Shown here piece after piece: positions 36,786 through 50,577 of a DNA stretch of 64,000 nt. Where the stretch lies: the NCBI RefSeq assembly GCF_018350175.1, contig NC_058368.1, positions 127,350,001-127,414,000 on the forward strand. Reading direction: 5' to 3'. Numbering within the stretch: the first letter of the stretch is position 1; the number at the start of each line of letters is the position of its first letter. A program made the translations under genes and the position numbers. The notes beneath the pieces are model-generated. The model was not told the origin of the DNA and did no database searches. It saw only the letters and a list, made by a program, of their open reading frames with translations. The DNA comes from Felis catus. Its lineage: Eukaryota.

Positions 36786-37339
36786 AAAATTTAAACTTTT
36801 CCTAGGACTATACTGGATGTCTTGAAAAGTTGCTTCTAGCACTCAAGAAGAATTTCTGTCTCCTTGTTTTTGTTTTCTGGAATGATGTCCTCATGGATCA
36901 ATCACATTCTTTAAGGGCTAAGTATATTCTCAAAATATCCATTTTTTTCCATCCAAAGCACATGTGAATAATTTGCATATAAGTGAAGAAACATGCTACC
37001 CTTTCAAAATGTCATTTTCTTGACATACAGTCCAATGAATCGCTACAATTTTAAGGCTTTAATAGATCCCAGGTTAAATTAAATGGCATGTTATTTAAGA
37101 AAGGGTTTCCAAAGCACACGGGTTGCCTTGTTTTGCAGACAATGTTTCTTAAATATTTGGGTTAGGATATGACACCAGAGGCTTTGGCAGTGAATACTCT
37201 GTATAAATGTAAAGTCTAATAAATCTGTGAAAATGAGTTCCAGATGTGGCTTATGGCCGATTCCCTCTTCTTAAACATATCTAGTATATAAAGGCTAACT
37301 GTAATAGCAGAAATCTATTGCTGAGTGATAGAATGAGGT

Positions 37340-38020
37340 AAATTCAATTAATTTTACCAATTTTTGCATACTACTCTATGAAATCCCCATTGTAGGTCCT
37401 ATAGGCTGTAAAAAAGAAATAAAACATACTTCCTGAAGAATATGAGCAGTCAAGGAGAGTAATGCAGGTAAAAACCCATTCATTTATTTATTCATTCATT
37501 GAACAAGTAAGTATACATTGGGCCCCACTCTGGGTTAGATACTCTTGGGGTGATATCAAGAGAAGTGAGATTTGGTTCTTGTTCTCTAGTGTTTTTTATC
37601 ATTAGCAGGGAGGAGAGATAGGTAAACAGTAAGAATGGTGTTAAAATTTGCTAATGAAGCTCAGAAGAGCAGCCACAGCAATAATCTAATCCTCAGGTCT
37701 GGGGCCTGAAGGAGGCAGGTGGCATTTTAAAAGAAGAATTACTAAAGGAGATGGATATGAGGCTGGTTAGGGAAGGGTGATCCCACCAGATGAAGCTGGC
37801 TGGCAAAGGTAGAAGAAACAAGCAGGAAACAGAACAATGAGTTCCTTGTTCCTACAGGGAGTGTGATGGGACATGGCAGACAGAGAAAGAGATCACTTGT
37901 GAGAGAGACAGGTGCTGGGTGACTGGTTAACTTCGGTTATAGCTGAAAGGCCCAGCTAAAGAGTCTGCATTTTATCTTCAGGGCTCTGGGAAGTTGTTGA
38001 AAGATTTTAAGCAAAAGATT
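37340..38020 (-). mobile_element. L2 fragments
   Basis: cattcatttatttattcattcattgaacaa..; gggaagttgttgaaagattttaagca. Confidence 0.6.
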
Positions 38021-40204
38021 TTGAAAAACCTGACAGTGTAAGATGATACGATCATCCTCATTTATAAACTAAGGCAGACATTTTCAACAGTTGACCAATT
38101 TCCTGACCCCATGGGAGACCTGTGCTTCTCCTGACCCCAAGGGAGACTTGTGCTTCCCTGTGTCCTTGAAGTTAACAAAGTTGAATTGCTTTGAAAAATA
38201 AAATAGGATTCCTATTTTCTGGGTGGAAGTATTTAATTGCAACTGCTTGGATCTCAAAGCCTTTCTTCTGTCATGGGGATTATAGACGCCTGTGGTTGAT
38301 ATGGAGGTGCTGCTCTAAGGGATCATGTGAAGACTGCTTGCTGCCTTGATAGGTACCCAGATTCAAAGCAGGACTGTTCGTTACTGGAATATAACTCTGT
38401 CTACCCTGACTAATACACCTACCTGAGTAATAAGGATATTCTTATAATGAACAAGCTATTAGCCCTATTTTGCAATTTGTTCAATGAAAACCAGTTAAAT
38501 ACATTCCTTCTTAGAAATGCTCACCTGTCAAAAGTAAGTCCCCTATACTGCTAAACCAAATAATTCCTGCTAGATTCTGGGAGTGGCAGTTGATAGAGCT
38601 TTTGCTTATTTATTTACCTATAATAAGTTCTTGTTTCAAAAATGCATAGTACAAAGAAGAGGGTTTATATTTATTTTAACAACTTTTAGAAAGAAGCTGC
38701 ATCTTGGTAATATGGTGTCAGTATTACAACATTTTAGAAGAATAGGTTAGCTTCTAAAAGTGAGTCTTAGACACGTTTGTATGCATTTTATTCCTTGTAC
38801 TTTCTGAGTGCTGCTTGCTTACTGCCTACTTCTTAGCACTAATTGGTCTCTACCTCATATGTCAAAAAATGTTTAGAAACGTTGGAAAATGTAGAGGAAG
38901 CCAGAAGTCTTCTTTCTAGGGGATTCATCTAAACATCTCCTTTAAAAATGGGAAAGGTCACACTTATAGAATCAGATAACTTACCCCATTTAAAGTATTA
39001 CATGGGTTAGGTCTCAGGAGAGGAATATACTATGTCCATGTACTATACAAATAAGATATTTTTGAAAAGACGGTAGTGCAAGAAACACTTCCTGAAGTGA
39101 CAAGATATAAATTTGCCTGTAAAATCAGCATGCCTTAGCTGATCCTTGGAGATTTGGTCAAGATGATCCCGTGGGTAAGGAATCTAACCCTTTCGAATTG
39201 CATGAAAATTAGAAGACAAATGAAGATGTCATGGATGGAAATTCATTTTCAAATAAACCACTGGGATGGAAATCACTAGAAAGGAAGCTATTTTTAAAAA
39301 CTATTTTTTCCCTGTCACTCACAATTAATTTCAGATGTATGCGCTTTGCATAAAGCATAAAATATACTTAGGTTTGAGCCCTCATTTAGAAAAATCTCTT
39401 AGAGTTGTTTTGCTTTTGAAAAAAAAATACTACTTTAAACAAAGAAGCATCTTAACATGAAACTGATGTTAGTGGCCAAGGAAAGCATTTTATTTTAAAT
39501 CTTCTGGAAAGGGAAGGAAAATCTATTTCTCACTCTCGCATGGTAACTGTATCTCAGGAGAGCTAAGTCCTCAGGACAATAGGGCATGTTATTGTGAGAT
39601 ATTTTACACTCGGTTTAGCCATTTTGCAAAATCACAGATAGTGATTAGCCCAGAGGATCTTTCTCATTTCCTTTTCAGTGGTGTTTTGCTATTGATAAAT
39701 ATTAAAAAGCGTGATCTGGTTGCCCAATTCAGAGAAAGAAGCTGTGGGTTTGCTGATTCCAGACTGCGTTGCCAGAGGGCTCCAAGCCGGCATGGCCCCT
39801 CTGGGTGTTGCCAGGTCACAGAGGAAGTGGTTGTGCCTGGTGGCAGTAGGTGTCAGACACGCTGCTGAGCAGAGGATCTCAGCAGGTCTGAGGGCAGAAG
39901 AGAAAGGCTGCCACATGAAGGGCTTAGCTGAGACCCCAGAGGAATCTCAGAGTCAAAGAAATTTGAGGAGAAAAAGGTTTCACAACATTTCAGTTCCCCA
40001 GGGTTGGAGCAGTAAGGCTTATAGATAGAGAAGCAAATCAAAGTCCCGTTAGTAAACATAACTCTTCAGAAAAAAACAAAAACCAAAAAACAATGCAATC
40101 CTTGGCAGCCACGCCATCAGGGTACGCTGCAACAGTCACTCAACTGCAATTCAGGGATGTCACTTAGGTGCAAAGGACGTCTAGCTGTGAGGGAATTACA
40201 ATAA

Positions 40205-40460
40205 GTGACATTTACTGTGTAGTCATTATGCACCAGACACTGCTGTTAGTGCTTTTTGGGCATTAGCTCGTTCAGTCTTGACAACCATGCTCTGAGGTAA
40301 GTGTTATAACTTGTCCCATTGTGCACATGAAGAATGAGAGGCACAGAAAGATGAAGGAAATTGCCCAAGGTGATATATGTTCTATTGAGGACAGCCAGAA
40401 TATAAACCTAAGAAGCCTGCCTCCAGAACCCTCGCTCTTAACCACCAAACTTTACCAGCC
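40205..40460 (-). mobile_element. MIR
   Basis: tatgcaccagacactg..ctgaggtaagtgttat..gaggcacagaaagatgaaggaaattgcccaaggt. Confidence 0.8.
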
Positions 40461-40687
40461 ACCAGAGAGGAAATTACAAAGCAGAAAATCCCCACTTTTT
40501 GCTTCCAAGAGGTGACACAAGTTATATACACGAGAAGATAACAACTATGAGATTACAGAAAATGATAGATGCCAAGTGAGTGTCAAGAAATATCTAGTTG
40601 TTGAAGTAAGTCTGTAAGAAAAAGAGGTAAGAAGAAGCAAAAACTTGAGAAGTGGATCTTTGAATTTGATGTGAGTAAGTAGGGACC

Positions 40688-40925
40688 ACGTGGTGTGGAG
40701 AGAGAAGGCGTGTGGACTAGTCTCTGAAACGCATGCGTTCAGATCCCAGCTCTGCCACCTGCAAGGTGTGTGCACTGGGGTCAGTTACTTGGCTCTTTGT
40801 GCTTTAGTTCCCCTGTCTTCAAGGATAGCAAAACTTACTGCAAGGGATCTTCATGAAGATAAAGCAAGATTTTTTAAGTATAGGTCTTAGCATGGTGCCT
40901 GGCACAGGGTGAACATTTAATATAT
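40688..40925 (+). mobile_element. MIR
   Basis: gttcagatcccagctctgccac..agttactt..cttagcatggtgcctggcaca. Confidence 0.8.
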
Positions 40926-41279
40926 TTATTATTTTCCAGTTGAGGGTTGATGGGAAGAGGATTTCAGATGAGGGGGAAATGCATGTAAAGGAAACCTGTA
41001 AAAGCCAGAAGTAGAACTTCCATCAGCTCAGTTCAAGCTGAGTGGTTGGATGAGGTGTTTGATTTGAGCTTAGAAGAGAGAGAGAAACCGCCTTGGACAT
41101 TCACTAGGGGGTCCCAAAGCTGTGAAGAGCTGCATGTGGTCGTTTTGACTAATCAGCGCTGTGTGATTTGTGCAAGCTGGTGAGTGTAGGAGAAGAGTTA
41201 TAAGGGAAGCCTATTCTATTTGTGGTGATACAGTCTGGAGCATGGAGAATGGAACAACTGACCAGAAGAGCAGAAACTG

Positions 41280-41900
41280 AGGATTCATTCCTTAATCAAA
41301 GAAACATGTGTCAGATACCAAGCAGGTGCCAGTCTCTAGCTGGCTGTTAGGGTGAGCAATGAATGAGGTAGAGATGACTAGGAGGCCCCAGGAAACTCAT
41401 CACTGGGAGGGAGACAGACAAGAAAACAACATGCACAGTCCTATTTAGGAGCCCAAACAAAAAGCAATGTACAAGCACCAGGGGGTGGTGAGTGCATAGA
41501 AATTTGGGGCACAGCACAGGGGTGGGTGGAAAACACTTCTAAGAAGAGATAGCCTGCCACTGAGTCTCACAGGAGGGGTCAGGACTTACCAAGCGTATGG
41601 GGGGAGGGTGGGGAGACATCCTGATCAGAAAGAACAGTGGGGGAAAAAAGCTGCCGTGAAATAAGAGGACATATTTAAGGAACAGAAAACACTTCCCATG
41701 GACAGGGTACCATTGGGGTACAGCACGCAAGGTTGAGAAATCATGATGTAAAGACTCTGGAGACCCATGGAAGAATATGTAAGAGAGGGATGGGCTTGGT
41801 TTTCCCCTTTAGAGAGGTCCCCACGGAAGAAGAATGGGATAGGTGGTGAGACTAGAGGCTTGTACGCTTTACAAAGTCATTGCATGCAGCTCAGGTAAGA
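41280..41900 (-). mobile_element. L2 fragment
   Basis: attcattccttaatcaaa..ggtgccag..gggagggagacagaca..gagactagagg. Confidence 0.55.
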
Positions 41901-42600
41901 TACAGTTTCAGTGTCACTGGGTGACAAAAGGAGGGACTCAGTTAATAAACTATGACATAAGCCTAATGAAGAAAGGTAGATCACCGCAGTCTCCTTAGCT
42001 CAAGTAAAGATGGCAAAGTGAGAGGGAAGAGGAAGGCCCTTGACAGATGCTCAGGATGATTACAGCTCAGTGCAGCTGACCCTTCCTACCGCTCTCTCTT
42101 CTGTATTCTGCCACATTGTCCTTCTCCTGCCTCTGGGATTCCTCCCCTTATTGCATAACAGAGAAATGCAAGTGGAGGGCAGGAGTCCTGGAGAAACAGC
42201 CCAAACAGCAGGGGGCAATACAGAGAGAGAAGGAGATAAACCAAAAAAGATTTGAGGAGACAGGCAGTCTTTTGCTAATGTCACTAAGAAAATAAAATAT
42301 GAAAACACATCTTATCTATAAACACAAACACATGTCTAGATTAAACAATGATCTCCCCTCTCGGCCAGAATGGTCTTTTCTAACATACTGAGAAATGGAG
42401 GTGCTAGAGACTTGGATGGGTGGCATTTGGTTTCCCCCTTTGAAAGATGGGTTATGTTCCGACTTTTAGATGAACACAGGTGAGAATGAATTCCTGATCT
42501 GGGGAACGCGGTGGCTGCCCATCACTGTCAGGATCCTGTGAGGGACTTCCAGCAAGCCAGCAAGGCCTGGATGGGCTGGCCCTGCCCACCTGCGTGGCTG

Positions 42601-42715
42601 CATCTCCCACTTCTATGCCCTGCTCCACAGGCGGGGGGGGGGGGGTTATCTCCCACATCTGTGTCCCGCTCCACAGTGCAGGGTGCATCTCCCACTTCTG
42701 TGCCCCTTTCCATGG
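42601..42715. repeat. Three imperfect 30-bp direct repeats with a G13 run
   Basis: catctcccacttctatgccctgctccacag (42601), tatctcccacatctgtgtcccgctccacag (42647), catctcccacttctgtgcccctttccatgg (42686). Confidence 0.85.
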
Positions 42716-42799
42716 GGGTGGTGGGGAGGCTTTTTGACTTCCTTTACATTCAGCACTCACCACTTGGTCGTTTACCACACCAGGCTCTTTCTTGTCTAT

Positions 42800-42975
42800 C
42801 TTGCCCTAATTCTTATTGATTCTTCAAATGACAGTTTCAACAAGTCTTCTTCAGGGAAGCTATTTCTGATCTTCCTGAGCAGGTCAAACACTCCCTAATA
42901 GAGTCTCTGAACCCTGTCTGCTTCTCTTGCAAAGCATCTGCCCCAGGTCTAGTTTCGTGTGTGTGTGTATGTGTG

Positions 42976-43021
<46 letters not shown>

Positions 43022-43110
43022 TAATTAATGCTTCTCTGCTCTACTTGATTGTAAATTCCATGTGGGCAGGAACTGGGTCTGATTTTGCACACCATTTCAT
43101 CCTCAATGTT
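42800..43110 (+). mobile_element. L2 3' fragment containing a (GT)n(GA)n microsatellite
   Basis: tcttcttcagggaagc..gattgtaaattccatgtgggcaggaactg. Confidence 0.6.
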
Positions 43111-43307
43111 TACAAATGAGTGTTAACTGGAAATCAGCATGTGGGGCATAGGAAGATAATGTCAGATTGGGTAAGAGGTTGAGAGAGCTGGAGCTGAAAA
43201 CTGGTGTCAACAAGCAACTTTATTGACCATTTTGCCTACCTCTGTTCACACTGTATTTCTTTTTTCTGACTGACTTGGAAAATAATGGCTATTTAAAGTT
43301 TTACTTA

Positions 43308-43345
<38 letters not shown>

Positions 43346-44074
43346 TTTCCTAAAATCTTAGGCTACACACAAACGCGCTGCTGGGTAGTATACTTTTGTT
43401 AGAGCCCAAGGGGAAGTAGGTGTTCCTGAATCCTATAATTGTTACCTTATAGGTTTTCTATATTAACTATTTTATGCAAGATCTTAACACTATTTCCTTT
43501 AGGAGAGTCATGAAAGTATGGTTCATTACTGAAAACAAATTCCTCAGTGTGTTTCTGTCTTAACAACCAAAAAAAAAGACTTGATTTAAAGTCTGAAACC
43601 AAATTCCTGCTTTCTTTTGTGATTACAAGAACTTTCAGTAAATCAGAGCATGGCCAAGGTCCAATTACTCAAGAGAGGTCCTGTATGTTACTCTTCTCCT
43701 CAAGCTACCTACAGGAGATAGCCAACATGCAGTTCTTTGACATACAGATATTTATAGGTCAAGAGATATAATTCATATTAGTCAATTTTCTTATTATAGC
43801 TATAGCTATCATGTAAAGAGCATGCTTGTTAGAAAAGACACTTAAAGCAATAGATACACTTAAATTGTGGAAATATAGGAGAATTTACATTATCTATAAC
43901 TCATATTACTATGTACAATATAAAGCTGACTATATCAATCTTAACATAGTGTAAAGTTTCTGGGACTCAAGATACTATTTTAAAATCATAAGAGCTTGCA
44001 GAGTAACAAACATTCTTTTTGGAAAAAAATAATTAACTTTCCAAAGGCTTTGAGAAAAATTCAGCTTTAATTAT

Positions 44075-45615
44075 GTATTTCAACTCTGGCCACAGTAAAC
44101 GGAACAATCCCATAGGAACTGGACAGTGGCAAATGGCAGGAGCCAGGTTTCTCACTTTTGAGGTAGGAAGTCACAGATAAGTGATGGGAAGAAGCTATAA
44201 TAATCCATGTAGTAATGGATTAAATTTGGAAGCATCAGAATAAACTCATGCTTTTTTATCTATCAATATATAAAGATAGTACATATAGACATATTTATAG
44301 ATATGTGTCTATAATGTTAGTATATATTCCTTTGCTCTGTCAGGCAAGATGGCTAAGAAACAATGACAAGCAGTAGCAATGAGCATGCCTAGCACCCAAA
44401 TGTTGGTTTTTAATGTCATTTTCCAATGAAGGCGACCAGAGACCCTTGGAGAAATTGCTGAATAACATGGGGAATAAAATGTAAAAGATGAGCCTACATC
44501 TTATAATGGCAGAAAGTAAAAAAAAACGGGGGTGGGGGCGCTTCAAACAAATCACACAAAATATGTCAAAGGGACACAAGAGCTAACTGAAAAAAAAAAA
44601 AAAAACCCAATGGTTAAAGCTGGGACAAAGTAAGCAACAATATATTATTGAGTTATAACCTAAAGTATAGAATCAATATCTATAGGCCCATACTACTATT
44701 CACAAATGATTGGATAAATAAATAAATGGAGGAGAATAGAATAAATGGAGAAGAATTCCAAACACTTTATGTGGATACTCTGCCCTCAAGGAGGTTGAGC
44801 ATAATTCCCTCCTCCTTAAAATCTAGACTGTTCATAATAACCTTTTTTTCTGAAGAATATAGTATGAAAATAAAAACAGAAAATCTACAGTGGAAAACCA
44901 TGATGAAAAGCCACTTCAGCCAGGTGATCAAGGTTGACATCAATAGCACTAAGTTATATTGATAGTGTGATGAGATGGCACTCTATCATCTGAGGTCTTC
45001 CTCCTCAAACATGAGTAAAACATCCAAAAGTCCCAACTGAGGGATAGTCTACAAAATACCCGATCAGTAGCCTCAAAATTGTCAAGGTCATCAAAAACCA
45101 AGAAATTCTGAGACCCTGCCACAGCCAAGCGGACTCAAAGGAAACATGACAACTAACCATAATGTATATTCTTTTCTCAGAATAAAGAAAGGAGGGGCAC
45201 CTGGGTGGCTGCCTAGGTTAAGCATCTGACTTCCACTCAGGTCATGATCTCGTGGTCCGTGGGGTCAAGCCCTATGTTGGGCTCTGTGCTGATAGCTCGG
45301 AGCCTGGAGCCAGCTTTGGATTCTGTGTCTCCCTCTTTCTCTGACCCTCCCCTGCTCATGCTCTCTCTCAAAAATAAATAAACATTAAAAATTTAAAAAA
45401 AAGAATAGAGAAAGGATATCAGGTAAAACTAAGGAATTATGAACAAAGTGTGGACTTTAGTTAATAATACTATGTTAATACTGGTCATTAATTGTGACAA
45501 AAGTATCACACTCATATAAGATACTAGTAATAGAGGAAAGTGGGTGTAGGGTACATGCACTCGCATTGCAATTTTTCCATAAATCTAAAACTTTTCAAAT
45601 AGGAAGTTTATTTGA
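44075..45615 (+). mobile_element. Old L1 3'UTR (L1MC/L1MD-like) interrupted by a Can-SINE
   Basis: ggcaggagccaggtttctcact; gcagtagcaatgagca; ccaggtgatcaaggttgacatcaa; aaaattgtcaaggtcatcaaaaac; ggactttagttaataa; taattgtgacaaa. Confidence 0.8.
45194..45402 (+). mobile_element. Can-SINE
   Basis: SINEC body; TSD agaataaagaaagga / agaatagagaaagga. Confidence 0.92.
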
Positions 45616-45970
45616 AAGAAACCCTCCAAGTCTATACCTTTAATTTAAACTGGTAGAATTAAATACTAAGATCTAATTTTACTGATATAAGCTGATATTT
45701 AAGTATTTTAAACAAAAAGACATAGTATTCCTCATATATTAACCTCTATGACCAATTGCTTTCTCTACATTTCTTGAGAAAATATTAGCTCAAGTTAGAC
45801 ATCATCAATTAAAGCCAGGTTAGAGTGTTAGGGAACTGCTGAACATATGACTCATTTAAAGAAAAGCTTACTTTTAAAAGGCAGAAAACATTTACACATG
45901 ATATGCATTACCTATATGAATATATCTTTCAAAAGGACAGAGAAGAGTAAATAACTGTTTAGTGTTCTAA

Positions 45971-45971
<1 letters not shown>

Positions 45972-46017
<46 letters not shown>
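45972..46017. repeat. (AC)n microsatellite
   Basis: Directly visible. Confidence 0.97.
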
Positions 46018-46018
<1 letters not shown>

Positions 46019-46374
46019 TACACACAAAAGAAAAAAATAGCACAAACTAGGAAAGAAATACAAAGTTTTAAACCATCCAGAAAATGGATAGATTTCAACA
46101 ACCTGATACGATATTATCATTTACTCATGATTTTTGATCCTAGCAAACAATTCATGTTTGCCTATCCCTACATCCCAACCTGGACCCATGCAAACTGTGT
46201 CTCATGAAATGCTTCTGACCATGAAAGCAATCCAGACCCATTCTAGGGTTAAACCTCTCTTACTGCAGGTGCATTCACTAGTTATATTTCAGAGTTGCAG
46301 CTACAAAGAACCAGCATCATCCAAGTACCAGTCCTTCAATTGCTGCATTGTTTTCTTTCTTCTATTTAACAATT

Positions 46375-46570
46375 ACAGTCCTTCAACCACTTTATATGTG
46401 ACCAGGCATGAGTTTGCTTCCATCCTTGTCACTCCTTGGAGACATCTCCAATAGGTGTGCAGCCCCCAAAGTGAGCACAATCCTCCAGCTGATGTCTGAA
46501 TGATTCAGGGTCAAGTGCACTCATTACTCTTTATTCTGGGTCATTTGAGTTCTATGAATGTAGCTCAATT
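46375..46570 (-). mobile_element. Ancient CR1/L3 LINE fragment
   Basis: agtccttcaacc..ccatccttgtcactc..cccaaagtgagcacaatcctccagctgatgtctga..cattact..ttctatgaatgtagc resembles antisense L3. Confidence 0.6.
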
Positions 46571-49500
46571 GTTATGTGAAATCTCCAAAATAGCTTCCAT
46601 ACTTTACCTGCAAAAGTGGACGGTAGATACAAATTATAACACTATCTGTGATGACTGTGAAAGAGGATAGTGCATTATTCTTTGGTTGTAAATATCTTAC
46701 TTGGCTTCCTGGAGGTGTCAATTATTCCTGTATCAGAGCCCTCCTATGATGACACAGTCAGAAGTGCTTTCAGATGACACACATTCTATGCTTCCCTTAT
46801 TGTATGTGTAAAAAAATCCACCTTCTGCTCTGTTCGTTCTAGCTACGCAGATACAAAATCAGAACCGAACATAATGGTGGAAAGTGAGCACTCTTTAACT
46901 CAGTGCTTAACCTACTGGTATTTTCTGAACATCATAAACTACATGTATTCCCATAAGAAATATTACTTCCTGTCTAATAATGATTTCATACAAAATTAAT
47001 AATTTAAAAACACTTTCAAGTTCAAGTGCCAAAGAATAGATTTTTTCTAATTTTTACAGAAAATGGGTAAAATAGTACAAATTTCATTTGTAAATTGTGA
47101 AAACTGATGGAATAAAATGATTTAATGCAGATGGTAGGTTTCCTTGAAATGCACTTCAAGTCCTGTTATTGATCCATCTGATTCAGCCCCATCAATTCTA
47201 CTGACCAAGATACAGATATTTTAAACATTAATGCTCTCAGGAAAACACAACACTAATAAATATGCCAAAAATGAAAAATATCCAAGGAAAAAAGTAAGTA
47301 ATGCATGCCAGCTAAATTTCCAATTGAAATAAGTAAGCTACTCAGTGATAGTATTGGTATCGTTAATCTAGAAAGACAAATAACATTAGTCTTAGGAGTT
47401 TATTTATAGTGGACTTAGATTAAATAATACAAGTAACAGCTACAGAATTTGTAGATCAGTATCAGAGGAGAGGAAAAACATATTAATCAAGTAGACATGT
47501 TAACAAAATAAGAGATTAGTCGAGATTACATTTGAATAAATTAGCAGAGGAAATATATATCCATAAAAATATCTAGTTTTTAGTTCCTTACAAAAGAATG
47601 GTCTGTTTTGCAGACTAATTCATACAAACATCCAAGAAATAAGAACTCAATCCTACTCTTCATATATACTATGGTATATATGAAATAACAATGTGCTTCT
47701 CCCTAAAGAAATTTTATTTGAGATTTTTTTTTTCAGGAAATGTGGGAATGAAGGAGATTCTTTTCCATGCTAGACACAAGGTTCCTACACATACTACTTT
47801 GTTGAGGCAAAGCACAATGCAAAAGACACTAGGAATCTTAATTTAAGAACAAGAGACAGGAGACTGATGTACTAGTTGCTTCCTGAACTATGTACTCAGC
47901 AGTTCTGGAGCACTTATCGATGAACAGGTGTGAAGAATCAAGTTCTGAAAAGAGATTTTTTTTGGAAATGAAACCTTTTTATCCCCCCTTTTATGTTTGC
48001 TTGTCTTGACAGAAGCTCTGAAGAAACCAGGGCTATTGGAGGTGTGGGGAAAGCATGCAGCTCAGATTACCCAAAGGAGCCACTCAGGTCAAGTCTGAAT
48101 GAAAATAGATTCTGAGGAAATAAGAGGGGGGGGGTCACCACAATCTTTAAAATTCTTCTGATGTGTTATTGCTTTCAAAGTAATGGATTTTCTCAAGGTG
48201 AAGCTGTTTGATACAAATGAACTCATATGCCAATCAAATATTTTTTTTTTACTCATAGCTAAGTCAAACACTTGACTAGTCCAATATTAGAATCAAATTC
48301 TTAGTGTCAATATGTAATAACCAATTCATCTCACTGGGAGAAATAAATTAAGAAATTATAGGAAAATAGAAACCTACATGGAGCCTTTATATCCTATATT
48401 CTAGAATCCCATTCTGTTTGCTTTATGTTGTATGTTTAAAACTATCAAAGGAAGTGTTTTGGAGGGAAAACAGGTAACAGTCCTATCACACATTCTTAAA
48501 CAAACAAACAAAACAAAAACTTATTTAAACTGGCCTGATAAATGTAAATGATTTAAAAATTGCCAGAAGTCTTGGCCTTTGTCTATATATTCTTTCCAGG
48601 TTGCTTCTTATTTTATAATCATTTTCATGATTTCCACTATCCTTATTATAAGAATTTATTCTTGAAACATTTCAAGCACAGGGAAGCCATCTTGTGAATT
48701 GACAAGAACTGTCAGATCCGAATGGGAGCAGCCTCGCTCAGACGTTTAACTTGACCTTCCTTTCTTACACAACAAAAGTCCACATACAGACTCAAGAACA
48801 TCTGGCTCTAAGAGGTGGTTCTCCTTAAAAGTCACTCCAGGCTACATGACTCTGTACTAATGTTGCCGTTACAAATGGAGGAGACAGGATTCTAAAACCC
48901 TGTGGTATGTTGGGCCATGAGAGGCAAGAATGGGAGAGTGCTTTTAACTCCAAGACAATAACTTAGAAAAACAGAGCAATTTTCTACAAGAAACATATTT
49001 TTATTCAGATTATCATTTTATGAATATCTCAGTATTTTCAATGGTATTTAATGAAATTTTAATAAAATCTGATATGGAATTTCTTTTGATTATTAACTGA
49101 CAATAGCTTTTATCATTTCAAATAGCTTTCAAATATACTATGACCTTCAGAGAAACTTGTGGGGAAGGAAAGGAACAGGAGGGGAAGTGAAATGCATCAA
49201 ACACCTTAAGTATCAGGTGCTATAATTTGTATATATCTCATTCCTCTTTATGTGCTTCCATAGGACAAACTTTCTCCCAATCAGTATCACAAGGTGTGCT
49301 TCCTGTGGTGAGCCAGGGAGTGGCATATACCTAAGGGACACGGGGATTTGTGTGTAAGCTTCCTAATTTACACTAGCTTCTAGAAAGCTTAAGGAAAACT
49401 TATTTTATTTTATTTTTTCTACAGAGAACTTTATATTTCATCTGGTGTACTCTAAAACTTCATGACCTGCTAAACTCCCAGAAGCTGGAGGGTTCTCTGT

Positions 49501-49658
49501 CTCCCTTGAGATTTGGACAAATTGGTTTGAACTTCTCAATTTGATGACCAGTAAGAGTCCCAAAACTCAAGGCTTGATCTGTGATAGTCTCCTGCAGGAA
49601 GGGCTCATAGACTCTCTTGCTAACTTAACATGACTCCTTTTAGATGTGCTACCTCTAA

Positions 49659-49703
<45 letters not shown>

Positions 49704-50169
49704 TGCTGGGGAGGGTTGTTTATGCACTAAGAACACAGAGGGTTTCAGCCTTCCTTAGGCTTCCTCTCTGCCCCTCCTGTTTTCTAATGTCTCTTCCTCA
49801 TCTCCACCATTCTAGTTGGCTCTGTAGGACCAAAGTCGCCCTCTCGTACACAGAGTGGCTTTCACCCTCAATTCACCTGAGCACCTACCTGAAGCCAAAT
49901 TCTCAACAGACTCTCTTCCTACACCAATGCAACCTCAAAGTATCTCTTACAGAGTAAGCATTTGTCTTCCCCAAGATTTTGGTGCCATTTGTTAAGATGA
50001 TGTAAGTTTCTTCGCTTTATTGTATATGCATGTGAATATTAACATTATGTCCTGTTTCCTTCTTCCCTTCCCTCATCATTCTTCCCGAAAAGTTACAGCT
50101 ATATATCTTTGCTGCTTGCCTTAAATGCTGCCTGGAAAAAGGCAAGGTTTAAACAAACAAAGAAATAAT

Positions 50170-50350
50170 AAATTATCTCACTGAATCCTGACAGCAAATC
50201 TGGCTGATTGGTACTGTCGTATTTTGCTTTCATGAATGAGGAAAGTGACCCTCATGAAAATCAGGTAATTTTCTCAAAATCAACCAGTCAACATCAGACT
50301 TAAATGTGGACTTAGCTCAGTATGGCTCTATAGCATGGGTTCCTTCCCTT
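50170..50350 (-). mobile_element. MIR fragment
   Basis: tatctcactgaatcctgacagcaa..gaatgaggaaagtga. Confidence 0.6.
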
Positions 50351-50577
50351 GCATCATACTACTTATCTGCTAAGAGAGATGGGTATGAGACCTCTCAAAT
50401 GCTTTGACACAATACACGTGCTATCTCCTCTTCCTCCCTCCCTCTTCTTCAAGCCCAGATTCCCATACTCCTTGCTATTGGGATGGAAAAATCAGGGCTG
50501 GATGGGTTTCTTTGTACAATCTCTTGCAGGCATTTATGATTACAATACAACTACTTCCCTTTAAAACACCTTCTCCT

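Noticed and set aside
42601..42715. CRISPR-like repeat-spacer appearance
   Set aside because: Mammalian DNA, only three degenerate repeats, spacers of 9-16 nt and no cas genes.
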